Shown: positions 1-11,240 of the stretch, in pieces
Numbering within the stretch: the first letter of the stretch is position 1
Layout of the letters: each line of letters opens with the position of its first letter
NCBI GenBank assembly: GCA_003693705.1
Contig: RBZT01000696.1
Span: 1-64,000 of the forward strand
Origin: Polymyxa betae A26-41
Lineage: Eukaryota > Protista > Endomyxa: Phytomyxea
Length of the DNA: 64,000 bases
Direction of reading: 5' to 3'
Position numbers and translations under genes: made by a program
Notes under the pieces: model-generated
The model's database searches: none
Told to the model about the DNA's origin: nothing
What the model saw: only the letters and a program-made list of their open reading frames with translations

Positions 1-774
1 AAAGCCTTGATGCGACAGAGTCATCGGAAATATATATGATCTTAGCTTAAGCGCGGCATTTGTCCGAATTTTCGGGTTTTGTTTGTCGGGACCGCACAGT
101 TTCAGTATTTCTTAAATGTTTTCAATGTATTTTGTGGCGTACTTGGCAGAGGCTGATATAGGGATAGGACCGATTGCAAGTCGCTAACCGCATTGTGTTT
201 CCTCTATGAAAATTTAGTTCGGGATGGTGGCAAGATAATGCCATCTAGCGTAACGCATTGATACGAATCACAGTCACCTTGGATGGAGTCAGCAGTTGTC
301 GTACTGGACTAGGCCAGATACGCTTCATATTCCATCGAGCCTCTCACTAAGTCATATTGTGCAATACAGTACTGAAATTCCAACAGGGCTGCCAGACGAC
401 CTGCTATCAAGTATAACGTTATCCAAATTGGGGAGGTTTATTGACACGAAAATCTTAAGAAAAATTTCCAGAAAAGTACTAAAAACCCTTAATTGCAATC
501 CCATCCCGAATTACATACAGATTCAACCAGTGATCCAGTATGGTCTCCTTGCGGAATCAAGTGTTGGAGGAATCAGGCTGCAGTGACGGATCTGAAACCC
601 TAACCCCAAAATTAAACATTACAATTTCCTAACCCTAACACATTTCAGAACCGCGGATGACAAGATTAACGCATCGCCATATAGTTTCCTTTTCAAACGA
701 TTGCGGTTTAATCAGAGCGAAATTGTCCGCCACGAACTGCGTCGGAAAATACCCGTCTGCCTTTGATCAAAATC

Positions 775-2976
775 ATGTCGTCGCTCTTCCTCTTCCTGTC
801 CCTCTTCGTGGGCGTACTGGCCCAGGCGCCGGCCAACAAGCGGGCCAGCTGTGAGTCCGCCGGCCTGGCCGACCTCCCTCTGGAGCTGCTCAAGGACATC
901 ACGGACCGCGTGGCGGACCCCGCCTCCGTCGCCCACCTGAGCCAATCGTCACGGCATCTCCATGACGCGCTGCGGCCTCGACTCGGATTCCGCAGCCTGT
1001 TTCATCACTCCGTCCGCGGCGCCTCGCTCTCCGAACGTGTCCGCGCTTATCTACGTTACGTACAAGACCACCGTCATGCAGCGCCGATCGCAGCCCGTCA
1101 CGTGACCCATGCCGAGGCCCTGGGCCTGTACGACCGCCTGCTGGACTGCAGGGATCTGCGGAATGCGGAAAAGCTAACGTTTCTGCGTGTACTGACGGAG
1201 CAGGTTACGCCGTTCGCCGATGTGATCTGGGGAGCGGATTTTCGCAAATGTCCGGCGGAGTTGGCCGACGGAGTCCGTCTGCTGTGGACGCAGCCTCCGC
1301 CCGTAAGCTGGCACGTCAACATTGTGACTGGGGCTGCAAGTGTTACCGACCGATTGGTGCGGACGCCGCTTCCGGACTCCGGCTTAGTCGAAGAAGTCCG
1401 CAAGCTGCATTCGCCTCCATTCAACGCCGTGTTTCCCGATAATGCGGACTTTGCGGGCCTACTGTTACAGTATCTCTGTAATCCGGACAGTCCGCATTTC
1501 GGACAACCGGATCCTGCACTCGCGTATGAATTTCAGACCCATAATCAAAATCTGCTCATGAACTCCGTGGTTCTTCTCGATCTACTCCGTCACCAAATCC
1601 GATTCGATCTGGTCCAGTTCCTGATGCTGGTGATGCCGCTTCCGGAGTTACTGCCGCAACTCTACCCGCTGTTACGTAAACCCTCGCTACGGAAACATAA
1701 CGAAGTTAGTAACGCAATTGTCAAACCGTGTAAGAAACTCCTCGATCAGTTCGAGGACGTCCAGGCGATCGCGCTGGTTCGAATTCCGGAAGTCCGTGAC
1801 GGACTTCTCCTCTGGAAGAAGCTGTTCGTGGATTTGTTATATTACGCGATTGCTCAAGTTCGCGTCCGTTTCGTGGAGTTTATCTGTGCGCAGCCCTACG
1901 CCGCGGACGTGATCAACGGAGTTCCGGGACGGCCTCGCCCCCTGCATGCCGCTTTTCGACAATGGAGATGTTTGCCTGTTTTGTTACAAGTCCCTGGAGT
2001 GGATCTTGTCTGTCTTTGTCCGGTGTCCGGGCGGTCCGCAGCCACGTATTTTTTCAATAATCGCGTCGGGCTCGAGAATCTGTTAGAACGCGTGCCGTCG
2101 GACAAACTTGCGGACTTAATTCGCGCCAATCCCGATGTTACGTTTCAAGAATTGGAGAAGTTTGCGGGGACAAGTCGCGGACATCTGGCGAACGAATTTC
2201 TGCGCCAAAATTTCATGCCGGAGTTTATCAATCATCGTTACGGTAACGACAACCGTACTCTGCTGCACTGGGCTGTCAAGGCCGCCGACAGCGGTATGTT
2301 TCGCTACATTCTGCAAGTCCGCAACCTTGACGTTACGCTCCTGGATGCGGACGGACATGTTGCGTTTCATTACGTTACCGATTTCGGGTTCTTCCATATG
2401 CACGGCCTTGGCAGTCTGTATCATCTGCTCCGCACGGATCCGCATCGCTTCTGTACGTTGATTTCGCATCTGTTCCGGGACCGGAAACATGATTGGTTAC
2501 GTTACCTGGTGGACAATATGACCCTGATGAGCGGCTTTGTTTCTCCGAAGGATGGCTGCACCCTACTGCATATTGCGTTTCAACGTAACGATATCGCGCT
2601 GGTGGCGCAGCTGTTAACGATACCCGGTATCGTAATTGACTGCCGTGATCATGCCGGACGGGTCCCTTTTTCCAATTTCACTCCGATTCGAGAGTCCGTG
2701 ACGGCCTTATCGGCGCTGGTTCCTGCTGCACAGGTGGCCGCCCTAGTCCGTACGGACTCTGCGCTGTTCGTCTCCAAACTCATTCAGCAACTGAGTAGAA
2801 ATCCGGATTTCTTCCCGTTTTTGATTGAGCAGCCCTTGATCACGGAGATTCTGTGCGTTCCAGATGCGGTTACAAATCTGACTCTGTTCGCGCACGCCAT
2901 ACGGACCAGGAATTTTCCGATTGCGCGCCGTCTCCTGGAAATTTCTGCGGACACGGACATCACTTCCGTGCAATAA
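775..2976 (+). CDS. Secreted F-box-like + ankyrin-repeat protein (candidate effector)
   Basis: First ATG at 775 gives the hydrophobic leader MSSLFLFLSLFVGVLAQA. It is followed by an F-box-like segment LADLPLELLKDITDRVADPASVAHLSQSSRHLH. The C-terminal half has ankyrin repeats (NRTLLHWAVKAAD, DADGHVAFHY, DGCTLLHIAFQRND, DHAGRVPF, LTLFAHAIRTRNF). The gene may continue through degenerate 3' exons. Confidence 0.8.
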   Translation: MSSLFLFLSLFVGVLAQAPANKRASCESAGLADLPLELLKDITDRVADPASVAHLSQSSRHLHDALRPRLGFRSLFHHSVRGASLSERVRAYLRYVQDHRHAAPIAARHVTHAEALGLYDRLLDCRDLRNAEKLTFLRVLTEQVTPFADVIWGADFRKCPAELADGVRLLWTQPPPVSWHVNIVTGAASVTDRLVRTPLPDSGLVEEVRKLHSPPFNAVFPDNADFAGLLLQYLCNPDSPHFGQPDPALAYEFQTHNQNLLMNSVVLLDLLRHQIRFDLVQFLMLVMPLPELLPQLYPLLRKPSLRKHNEVSNAIVKPCKKLLDQFEDVQAIALVRIPEVRDGLLLWKKLFVDLLYYAIAQVRVRFVEFICAQPYAADVINGVPGRPRPLHAAFRQWRCLPVLLQVPGVDLVCLCPVSGRSAATYFFNNRVGLENLLERVPSDKLADLIRANPDVTFQELEKFAGTSRGHLANEFLRQNFMPEFINHRYGNDNRTLLHWAVKAADSGMFRYILQVRNLDVTLLDADGHVAFHYVTDFGFFHMHGLGSLYHLLRTDPHRFCTLISHLFRDRKHDWLRYLVDNMTLMSGFVSPKDGCTLLHIAFQRNDIALVAQLLTIPGIVIDCRDHAGRVPFSNFTPIRESVTALSALVPAAQVAALVRTDSALFVSKLIQQLSRNPDFFPFLIEQPLITEILCVPDAVTNLTLFAHAIRTRNFPIARRLLEISADTDITSVQ

Positions 2977-3734
2977 ATCATTCTGATTTCCAACTTTTTT
3001 TGTGTAGCGAAACTATTTTGAATACGCCGAATTTTAGCTCGAATATGTCACAATTTTCAAGCTTTTTTGATGCGGAGATGAACAGCTACAGGCTCCTTAA
3101 TATGGTCATTCACGATCGTAGATAGATGCTTATTGCCGGCGCTTCCTTTCAGCTGCAGGAAAGGTCATGACTGCGTCCCATTGGATCTAATAACAGGACA
3201 GTTCTGAGATTGGCATCCGGGCTGTTCCAGGGTTAGGGTTTCTTCAGCCGAGCATTTCTCTGAGGAGCTCAACGAAACCCGCTGCAAACGTGCTCGTTCA
3301 TCCATTCTCATTTGTAACGTGGATGTTACGATACATTTGCCAGTGACATTTTTGAAGGAAAAAACAGTCAAAAACGTTCTGCTGGTGGGTTGGAGGGGCC
3401 ACACCAGCAGCAGCTCCATCAAAATTCGCTGTCTATCTTCAATGGCCAGAACGTTTTATTAAACAATAACTCGATTGGATTGGATTCGACTAGTTCGCGG
3501 ATTTATGGTCAACAGGCGGCGTGGCTGGATAATTTTAGGCAAATTGCCCAAATAGATTCCTGATCTATTGATCGATCGAGCCATTCAGAATACATGAATT
3601 CGACCGTCTTCTTCAGATTTTATTTCGCTTTGTTCTTGTAATGGCGGTCTCCTTGGAAGGAAAAACGACAAGAGAACGCTCAAATTGGGGTTTTAATGGT
3701 TGCTGGTTGACCATTATAAGGCTACTGCCTTCCA

Positions 3735-3980
3735 GGTTTCCGCTCCCTGATCAAGGCCGAGGGCCAGCACGCCCTGCTGGGCCTGCTGCTGGAAGCGCCG
3801 CTGCCCGACGGCTGGGTGGCCGAGGCCGAATCGCTGCTCGGCGAACCGATTCTACAGTCGCGCGCCGTACTGGCTCCCCGCACGGGCGCCGTTCGCGTCC
3901 TGCTGTCGTTCCCGGAAGCTGTCGTTCCCGGAACTGATTCGGACCGACAGCGTCGATAACCGCGGCCGGATTGCTCGGTC
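3735..3980 (+). pseudogene. Frameshifted GC-rich ankyrin-like exon, probably a decayed 3' part of the 775 gene
   Basis: After the acceptor cttccag it reads FRSLIKAEGQHALLGLLLEAPLPDGW...GAVRVLLSFPE. A perfect 16-bp tandem duplication (gctgtcgttcccggaa, 3902-3917/3918-3933) shifts the frame. Removing one copy gives LLSFPELIRTDSVDNRGRIA, which is ankyrin-like. Confidence 0.5.
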
Positions 3981-4647
3981 GTATGCTGAGGCGGGCTCAG
4001 AGATTGAGAGATTTTTTGACGATTTTTCATCGCTTGAATGTGTGCGGATCGTTATCTAATACAGATTTGTTATCAATGGCAGTCTGTTATGCAAATATTG
4101 TCAAGTTTGGGATATTTTCAAATTGAAGAACATCAAAAATCGCTCGTCCGCATCGACCGTGTATCGGTGTCGCTCATAAGGCCGCTGTTCGAAAAATCTA
4201 CTTTCAGGAAATTATCTGAAACAGGTCTCACTCAAATCCACATAAATTTTCCCCTTTTTAACCACACAGTCAGTATACAGTAGTGAATTTGTTCTCAGAA
4301 GCAAAGCGCTGTTAATAAAAACAGGCAGAGCCGTCAGACAATGGAGGTGTTTTCTTTAAGTGAGAAATTGATACGGATGGTAGACGTAGCGAAATCGAGT
4401 TACAGCTTGTTTACTTCAGATCTGACTGGTTTCGTCACAAATCCATCGATATATTGACCACTCCCAGCCATCAGAGGGCAGATCCTCTATCAAAAGTCAC
4501 TTCTTTTTTCGACAGGAATTCTTGACCAGCGTCTTACTGCTATCTGAGAGTAAACTTTCACCCAAATTGGCGACGGTTTCTCCAAGTTTTGTTAGTTTTG
4601 AAAACTGCCAAATTTCGAGGATTCAGACAGATAAGCAAGATCGAGAT

Positions 4648-5596
4648 TTAATGATATAAGAGAGGAATGCGGAGAGGCGACGATTGGCGACATTTCGGAC
4701 ACGTATAATCGCTATCTGCAGGGAGTGATTGGCGCCACTTCTCCGCACATTGCCGATGGAAGAAGTGGATCTCACAGGGCATCTTACGGTGCTGCACGGG
4801 GGTCGTACTGGATCTCGCCTGTCGCAGATACGGTCAGTAACACAGCGTTAGAAAAAACACTTCGCCCGGTGATCCGGAACAAATTGTCATTTTTTAGTAC
4901 GGCTGCAAAAAAAGAACAAAAACATTGTTAGAAACGGAAACGAAAGAGAAAACGGAAAGTGAATCATAAACAGTGATTTATTGAAATGAAAAGGTCACGG
5001 TCTCGATTATAGAAACACCGGTTTAAACATTGCAAGATTTCAGCAAACGTTTTGGAAAAAACAAAGTCAAAATTTGAGAAAATTTACTCGAGGAGAGGAG
5101 TCCGGTGAGGACTCCGATGGAGGCTGCTCCAGCATTGACGTCAGACAGATTCCGCAATCATCAATAAAGCAGTCCTGGAACTAAACACGCCCCCCATTAC
5201 TATGCAGCATAACATTTAATAGCATTCAGGACCTTCTCGCGATCCTGTTCGGTGATTTCTGGCTCGGCAAAATAGCGCAGCAGGGGAGGGATATCGTAAT
5301 CCGCGAACAACGTGAGTTGGTTTTCGACGTTTCGGATTTCCGAGATCCGCCGATAGCACACCGAAATGACGTACCCGAACACTAACGGGTACGGAAGCAG
5401 GCAGATATAGCTGTCGGCATTCAGAAAGGGCGTCGGAGCCGCGGCCGGCTCCAGGCCGCTCTCCAGCAGAATCCGCCCTCTGAAACCCGATCACACCGAG
5501 CATGACAGATTCGTATGAGTAACGTTACCTGGCCGATCCGAGCCACGAAAACATCGACAGGACCAGTACGACGGCGACGACCAGGCGTGGATTCAT
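4648..5596 (-). CDS. Signal-peptide RING-H2 E3 ubiquitin ligase, 4 exons, 190 aa (not visible in ORF track)
   Basis: Exons 5596-5529, 5479-5233, 5174-5088 and 4818-4648, all GT-AG and in phase. The protein begins MNPRLVVAVVLVLSMFSWLGSA. It ends DCGICLTSM...MPCEIHFFHRQCAEKW...YTCPKCRQ, a complete C-C-C-H-H-C-C-C ligand set with the conserved W. Confidence 0.85.
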
Positions 5597-6829
5597 CTCG
5601 TCTGGGATTGATGTTGGTCTTTTGACCGATTGTGGGGAAAGTCGGAGTCGGGGCCCCCCTTTCACGGACTGCGCGCACTTTCTACCCACACTGTGGCTGG
5701 AAATTCTCCGGGTTTGATCAATTGAGAAGAGCTGTGCTTTGAATCGAGTGATTTATTGACGCCCGATAGATGCGATTGGCGGACTGCGACAGACGCCCAA
5801 CCGCGGCACAGAGCTCAATGAATGACATCATAGAGGCGAGATCGCCACAGCTGTTACTGGCGAGATGGACTCAATTTAAACTTCAAACAATTTTTAAGAG
5901 AAATTCAAAAGAATAATCGGTATCATCCATCCAGCCCATTCTCAAAACGTTAGAGTTGCCGGCCTGCTACAACGATTTTCTCAGCCTGCGAGGATCCTGT
6001 TGATCAGAACCAATGAAGCTACATAAAGGCGCAGCCTTGATGCTCGATGGTTTGTAATACACAGTCGTTGAGCGCTTGCAAGAGCTATTGTTTCCGGTCT
6101 AAAATGCAGGCTCGCCTTGAGGTCTGCTGACGAGAGAATTCCTTTCGCTGTTTCAATCTCGGTCGACGTGGCAGCAGAAGTTTGTGGCTCGTCCGACACG
6201 AAACATGACAGAAAGTCGTTTCTGCAGCATTTTGATGTTCGTAACATGAACGACCCCGATATGTGATGACCATTTTAAAACTGTGATAAAGAGCGCACAC
6301 TGTTTTCAACAGCGAACCTGTGGTGTGTAAAGTTGCGATTTATTCGAATCACTATCCTCATTACACGCGTGTAGCACGTATCGAAAGTATCGCAGTTTGT
6401 CATTTTTGACAACAATGCTTTGAACTGTCTACAAAACATTCCGTCATGTAAAAAGGCGTTTTTCGTCGTCCATCAAGCCCGGACGGATTCCGCTTTCTTT
6501 GAGCAGCAGATACTGCATGTTTCTGATGACTTTCATATTGTACACATTGCGCAATAGTGTGGCATCGCTTGTTCCCGAAACATTCGCCGTCTGATTGCGA
6601 TTCCAACGCCACCACGGACTCGGCAGGATTATCTGGAACATGATCACGAATGTCTCCCTCGCATGTGAATTATATTGTTTATAATAAAACTCACCGTAAA
6701 TCATTACGCTTCCAACCCGCTCAATCGTACATATGGGAATAGTCTCTCTTCATTACAATTTCCAGCATTCAGATAGCCGTCTCGCTCGTCTTCCCATATC
6801 ATGTCATGGGGAAGATCGCCTCCGCCCAT

Positions 6830-7543
6830 CTAAGCGCGTTCAATCAGGGCGCGCTGTATGATGTTTCGGAACAACAATGTTTGATTGGCCTTGGTCTGGG
6901 TATCGTCGGACTTTTGATCACTGAAGATCATGCGATCTGCGGTGCAATCCATGAGAGCGTATCTTCGCACGCTCTGGGTGAACATCATCGCAGATACGTT
7001 ACCGTCGTCATCAGTCGTTAGATTTGCCGCAGCGATCAGGTCGTACCTGGCACCAAACTGGACCCGGATTCGTTGGATCACGAATTCTCTCCTCCCAATA
7101 CAAACACGTTCCCCGATGTCAAGCCCGTCGCAAATTCCGTCACAGCCAGACGCTGTTTCGTCAACTTTGTCACTCGTTCCGAGTCGGACAACTGAGAGCG
7201 AACATACCAAAGAATATGACGAAGAGGCTTTGGTCCATTGTTGTCTTATCTCAAATCGGACTGGCGGCGTGAAGTAGGCGATCGTGAAGCTGCTGTAGTA
7301 GTCGGTGACCGGCATGATGTACCGAGGTCTGAGAGCCCTGCATGCTTTCCACCTTCGTTGGCTCGCAGACCACGTCTGAGGTCCTCCCGGGGGCTCACTC
7401 CCGAGTTGATTTTCATCAGGGTACAGCTGCTCGGGACTTGGCGTCAGGGCGCAGATCTTGCAGCTACAGATCGATGTCCTGCTAGCTTTCGTCTCGTCGA
7501 TTGTCATGCCAGCGGCGCGGCTCTTGCTGCCATGTTTTAGCAC
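6830..7543 (-). other. Hypothetical ORF or decayed gene, unknown family
   Basis: 237-codon open frame. Protein-like sequence continues past the TAG with further stops. No motif recognised. Confidence 0.3.
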
Positions 7544-7689
7544 GAGTTGGGAATTGCAACTTCATCATCTCACGTGCATTTTGAAAGAGAAAGAGACCAT
7601 TTACATCTTCCAGCAACGACATACCCCGACTGTTTTGAGCTGTGAAAAGGTTCTCAATCACCTGCAGACATAGATCTCGAAAAAAAGAA

Positions 7690-7763
7690 TGGAGAATGGG
7701 GTAGTCGAAACCCCGACCTCGTCGTTGCTAACGACGCGTGATGACCAACTACACCAATTCCCC
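7690..7763 (-). tRNA. tRNA-Ala(AGC), copy 1
   Basis: Acceptor stem GGGGAAT/ATTCTCC+A, anticodon arm CGTCG-TTAGCAA-CGACG, T arm GGGGT-TTCGACT-ACCCC, oligo-T terminator downstream. Confidence 0.95.
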
Positions 7764-7787
7764 GTGTTGGTAACATTAAGCAGGATA

Positions 7788-8150
7788 TTACTTTATTGAT
7801 GGTAAGATCACTTTCTTTTTAAAATTCAAGTATCGAAGGGACTTCTTTTCTTCAGCGACATCTTGAACCGGATTCCTTTCCATCACTTGATAGCGCTGTG
7901 GATTCTCCAGAACGCCGACATAGATTGCCTGGCTATGAAACAGGCGCCAGAGCGGGCGCCCATCGAAATCGAACTCGCCCGTCGGCTGAATAAACCCGCA
8001 GACATAGAGGGCGTCATAGATCCTATTCCCGTGCGGTGTGATGAAACATTTGGTCCCCGGATACAGGCAGCCGCGCCATTCTTGCATCCCTACCGGGCGT
8101 ATCGGCCCCGGGAATCGAGGCCGTGGTGGTTGGGAGATGAAGCTGGGCAT
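7788..8150 (-). CDS. Orphan protein, 120 aa; apparent paralog of the 11628 ORF
   Basis: ATG-initiated ORF ending 24 nt before the tRNA-Ala. It shares FxxPP..PxPI and GFIQ...GxRxxWxL motifs with the 11628 ORF. Confidence 0.6.
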   Translation of the reverse strand: MPSFISQPPRPRFPGPIRPVGMQEWRGCLYPGTKCFITPHGNRIYDALYVCGFIQPTGEFDFDGRPLWRLFHSQAIYVGVLENPQRYQVMERNPVQDVAEEKKSLRYLNFKKKVILPSIK

Positions 8151-8414
8151 ACTTGTAGGCTTGATAGTTGGTTGGGTTGCAGAATGAGCCAGAGATAGAG
8201 AATCGGCCCGGGTTATATGTTAAGCCGGCGAGTTCTAGCCATATGAAGAGGATGAGGTTGGATGGGTGGTGGACGGGGTCCCTGCTGGTCTTAGAACCTC
8301 CAAGAACGACCGAGCCGATCATGTGGTGAGTATGAGGTAGGTGGGCTCAGTCTGTGGCCGACTGGCGATAGCCCCAGTAATCGATTCAGTAATGCTTTAT
8401 TTATTGTGTCCGTC

Positions 8415-8585
8415 GACGGATGGAAGGCTGCGTGTCCGATGACGTATGGAAGGCTGCGCGACTGTTGACGGCTAAAAGGCTGCGTGCCCGATGACGGATG
8501 GAAGGCTGCGTGCCCGATGACGGATGGAAGGCTGCGCGACTGTTGACAGATGGAAGGCTGCGCATCCTTTGACAGGCAGAAGCCT
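8415..8585. repeat. 26-bp minisatellite, about 6.5 units
   Basis: Units GACGGATGGAAGGCTGCGTG(T/C)CCGAT are interspersed with ...GCTGCGCGACTGTT variants. Confidence 0.9.
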
Positions 8586-8885
8586 TTCCGTCTTGTACAG
8601 TAACGTGTTTTTTTATCAAACGGCGGAGTCAGGTTCTGGATTCCTATCATTGAATGGATCTCATATTACTATTCGAGAATCTCTGAAGTCTGAACGTATG
8701 GATGGTGGCCGCCCCCACATGGGCAAGAAAACGTAGCCCCAAGTTCTGGCCGCTTTCGTGGTGTCAGGTCACTCAAGTGGGCCGAGCCTTGGACGGAGTA
8801 TTGTCAGCATAATATGGTGCTGCATACTGACGATCACATGACGGAGACGGGGCATCAATCAATAGCAAACGGATTTTATTGTACT

Positions 8886-10915
8886 TTACACGGAAGAATG
8901 TTCAGAGCGTGTCGAGGACAGGCGCACGTCGAGCTGGCCCAAATTCGGGGTCATGATTATAGGACTTTCGTAATGATGAAAGAGTTGTGTCATTTGGTGA
9001 TATGGTACAGAGATACCCTTTGATAGGACCTCATTACGTAGAAGATCTCCAACCTTTCTACAGAGACCTCCATTATTCTTCACCCATTCTTGTGCAGATC
9101 TTGCTATACCCCAAGAATACGTATATCCATACAACAATGCTGAGTTCGGGGGTTTCAGCATACGCGGACCCAGATACTCTTCCGCCGGAGATAGCCATCC
9201 GAGACCGTACTGGCTCCTCAGCTCAGCAATAAACGAATTGAAATCGCTAGGATCGTGAGTGATACGATTCCAATGATATCCAGCAATACCATTGAGTAAA
9301 TCTTTGAACTTTCTGAGCGCATCGAAGACAACGTATTCATTCTGAATCTGAGAGATTTGTTCTTCAGTTAATGTAGGATCAATATGCTGCAGAACTTGGG
9401 TATCAATCGTCCACATCTCATTCATTTGGGATGGAAACTCAGACCAATCCGTAGGGCCATGGCACGCTGATAATATCGAATATTTCGGGTTCGAGAACAT
9501 AAAATGTAGAGCATGACCGAATTCATGAAACAGGCTGTTCATCTAAACAAGGAATTAGCTACGAAGCCCTAGAACATCAAGTACTTGCGTAACATCCATA
9601 TGAGAGGAATTCGCTGGGAGCACAATGTTAATGATGAAGGCGGCTTGATCAAGATGAAGATTGGATGATCTCGTCATCAACGGCGTTATGAAGTTCCTAG
9701 GGTTTTTGTTCGGGCGACCTATGAGATCCAGGAATAGAAGGCCGAGCTTAGTGCCATCGTCCTCCTGTATCTCGAATACACGAACATGAGGATGTAACTT
9801 GGGGATGTTGCTGCGCTCAGTGAATTGTAATCCGTAGAGCTGTTCGGCAACGAAGAAGATTCCTTTCCAGATAACGTCTTCAATTAGGAAGCGATTCTGG
9901 TTTAATGAGGATAGTCGAGTTCGGACTTCATTCGCATATTCTTTAAAGGTGTACGAGCTCCGGTCTAGCTGCGTTTGAAAATGCATTATATCCTAAAACC
10001 ATATTGTCAGATATCATGATGGAAGTTGACTTTAGGCTGAATAGAGAATGAGAAAAAAGAAACATCACGAAAAGTGAAAAGTTTGGGCGGCCTTACAATT
10101 TGGTTGAATAAATCAGCATATTGACTCAATGTAGATTCAACTTGTTGAACAGATCCAGCACATGACCGTGAGATTCTTGAACTTGCAACATTATCATATT
10201 GTTGTGAGAGCTGGACCCTCTCTGTTTGTGCCAAGATCAGACGTCGATACGACGACAGATCAAGAATGAATTTGGAGCTCGGAAACTGCCTGTCAAGCTT
10301 CATCATCTCCGTCGTCAACTCATTGAATCGTTCCTGACTGATCTGATTGAGGTCGGCGCCGCAATCTCGGAAATGTGCCTCAGCTGCTAAGGCAAATCGG
10401 TGCTCTTCATCCTGCTCTGTCATCGCATCCACAACTGATCGAATACGCTGATAAACACTCGTGATCTGGAACAGAGCTGGGTCTATTAGTTTTAAGAATA
10501 GCAGGGCTCGATTGTAATCCATCTCATTGCCATTAGCATGAGCTACACAGGAAAATCGTGCAGAGTTCCATTTATAGAAAAAGGGATTCAGTGGTAGAAG
10601 AGTATTCTCAAATGTAGGAGGATCTGGATTAGATCCGATACGAGCAAGATCATCTTTCAATTCCTGAATCAAACGTTGACCATATTGTGGCACCTTAATC
10701 GTCTTGTAACATGATCTCAGTATAACGGAATGACCATTCTGATTACGTTACATACCGGCATGGTATACTCTTTTGTGTCGATATGTTGATATATTTGGTG
10801 GGTATGCTCGGAAAAAGCAAAAGTTTCGACGGTGGTTCGAACGCGAGGAGCATGCCCGTGTCCAAAATCGCGGCCGTTGGCGCAAGCTATATTTTAGCAG
10901 ATGATTCACCGCCAT
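8886..10915 (-). CDS. M3A metallopeptidase, Dcp/oligopeptidase-A-like, multi-exon, putative mitochondrial presequence
   Basis: Motifs NPDPPTFENT, LHPHVRVFEI, GLLFLDLIGRPNK, SLFHEFGHALH (HEXXH), SEFPSQMNEMW (third ligand E) and NGGLCRKVGDLLRNEVLSKG. Intron 9543-9584 is clear. Exon 1 from ATG 10915 is R/S-rich with no acidic residues; its 3' splice junction is uncertain. Confidence 0.85.
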
Positions 10916-11240
10916 ATCGAACGACAGTGCCTGTCTGCCTGATCCATAAATAAACGCCTCCGGTCGGGTTTAAACAGAATTTGAATAGCGCTTCTTTTAC
11001 TTTTATGCGCTCAGATTTCTCCTTTCGTCTTTCACTTCCTATCGGTCGTCGTCGTTGCCTATGATGGTATTGGTCTCTCTAATAAAACACAACCACAATT
11101 GATTAAGGTAATTCAATCATTCAATCATTTATTCACGAAAACTTAAATCATTAATAGTCCTGACTAATATTTGCTGTTTCTTATCATTCTTAGTGTTCTT
11201 CTTCTTACTTGCTTTATATTTTATCTCCATCTTCTCCAGT

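Noticed and set aside
1-660. ORF 296-586 and possible minus-strand exons
   Set aside because: No motif found, and the candidate exon has stops in all three frames.
3722-4030. 102-aa minus-strand ORF
   Set aside because: Antisense shadow of the GC-rich plus-strand exon.
5950-6720. Several short minus-strand ORFs
   Set aside because: Could not be joined into a coherent gene and show no recognisable motif.
8415-8585. CRISPR-like appearance of the 26-bp repeat
   Set aside because: The units are contiguous, the variable 8-nt parts recur, there are no unique spacers or cas genes, and the context is eukaryotic.
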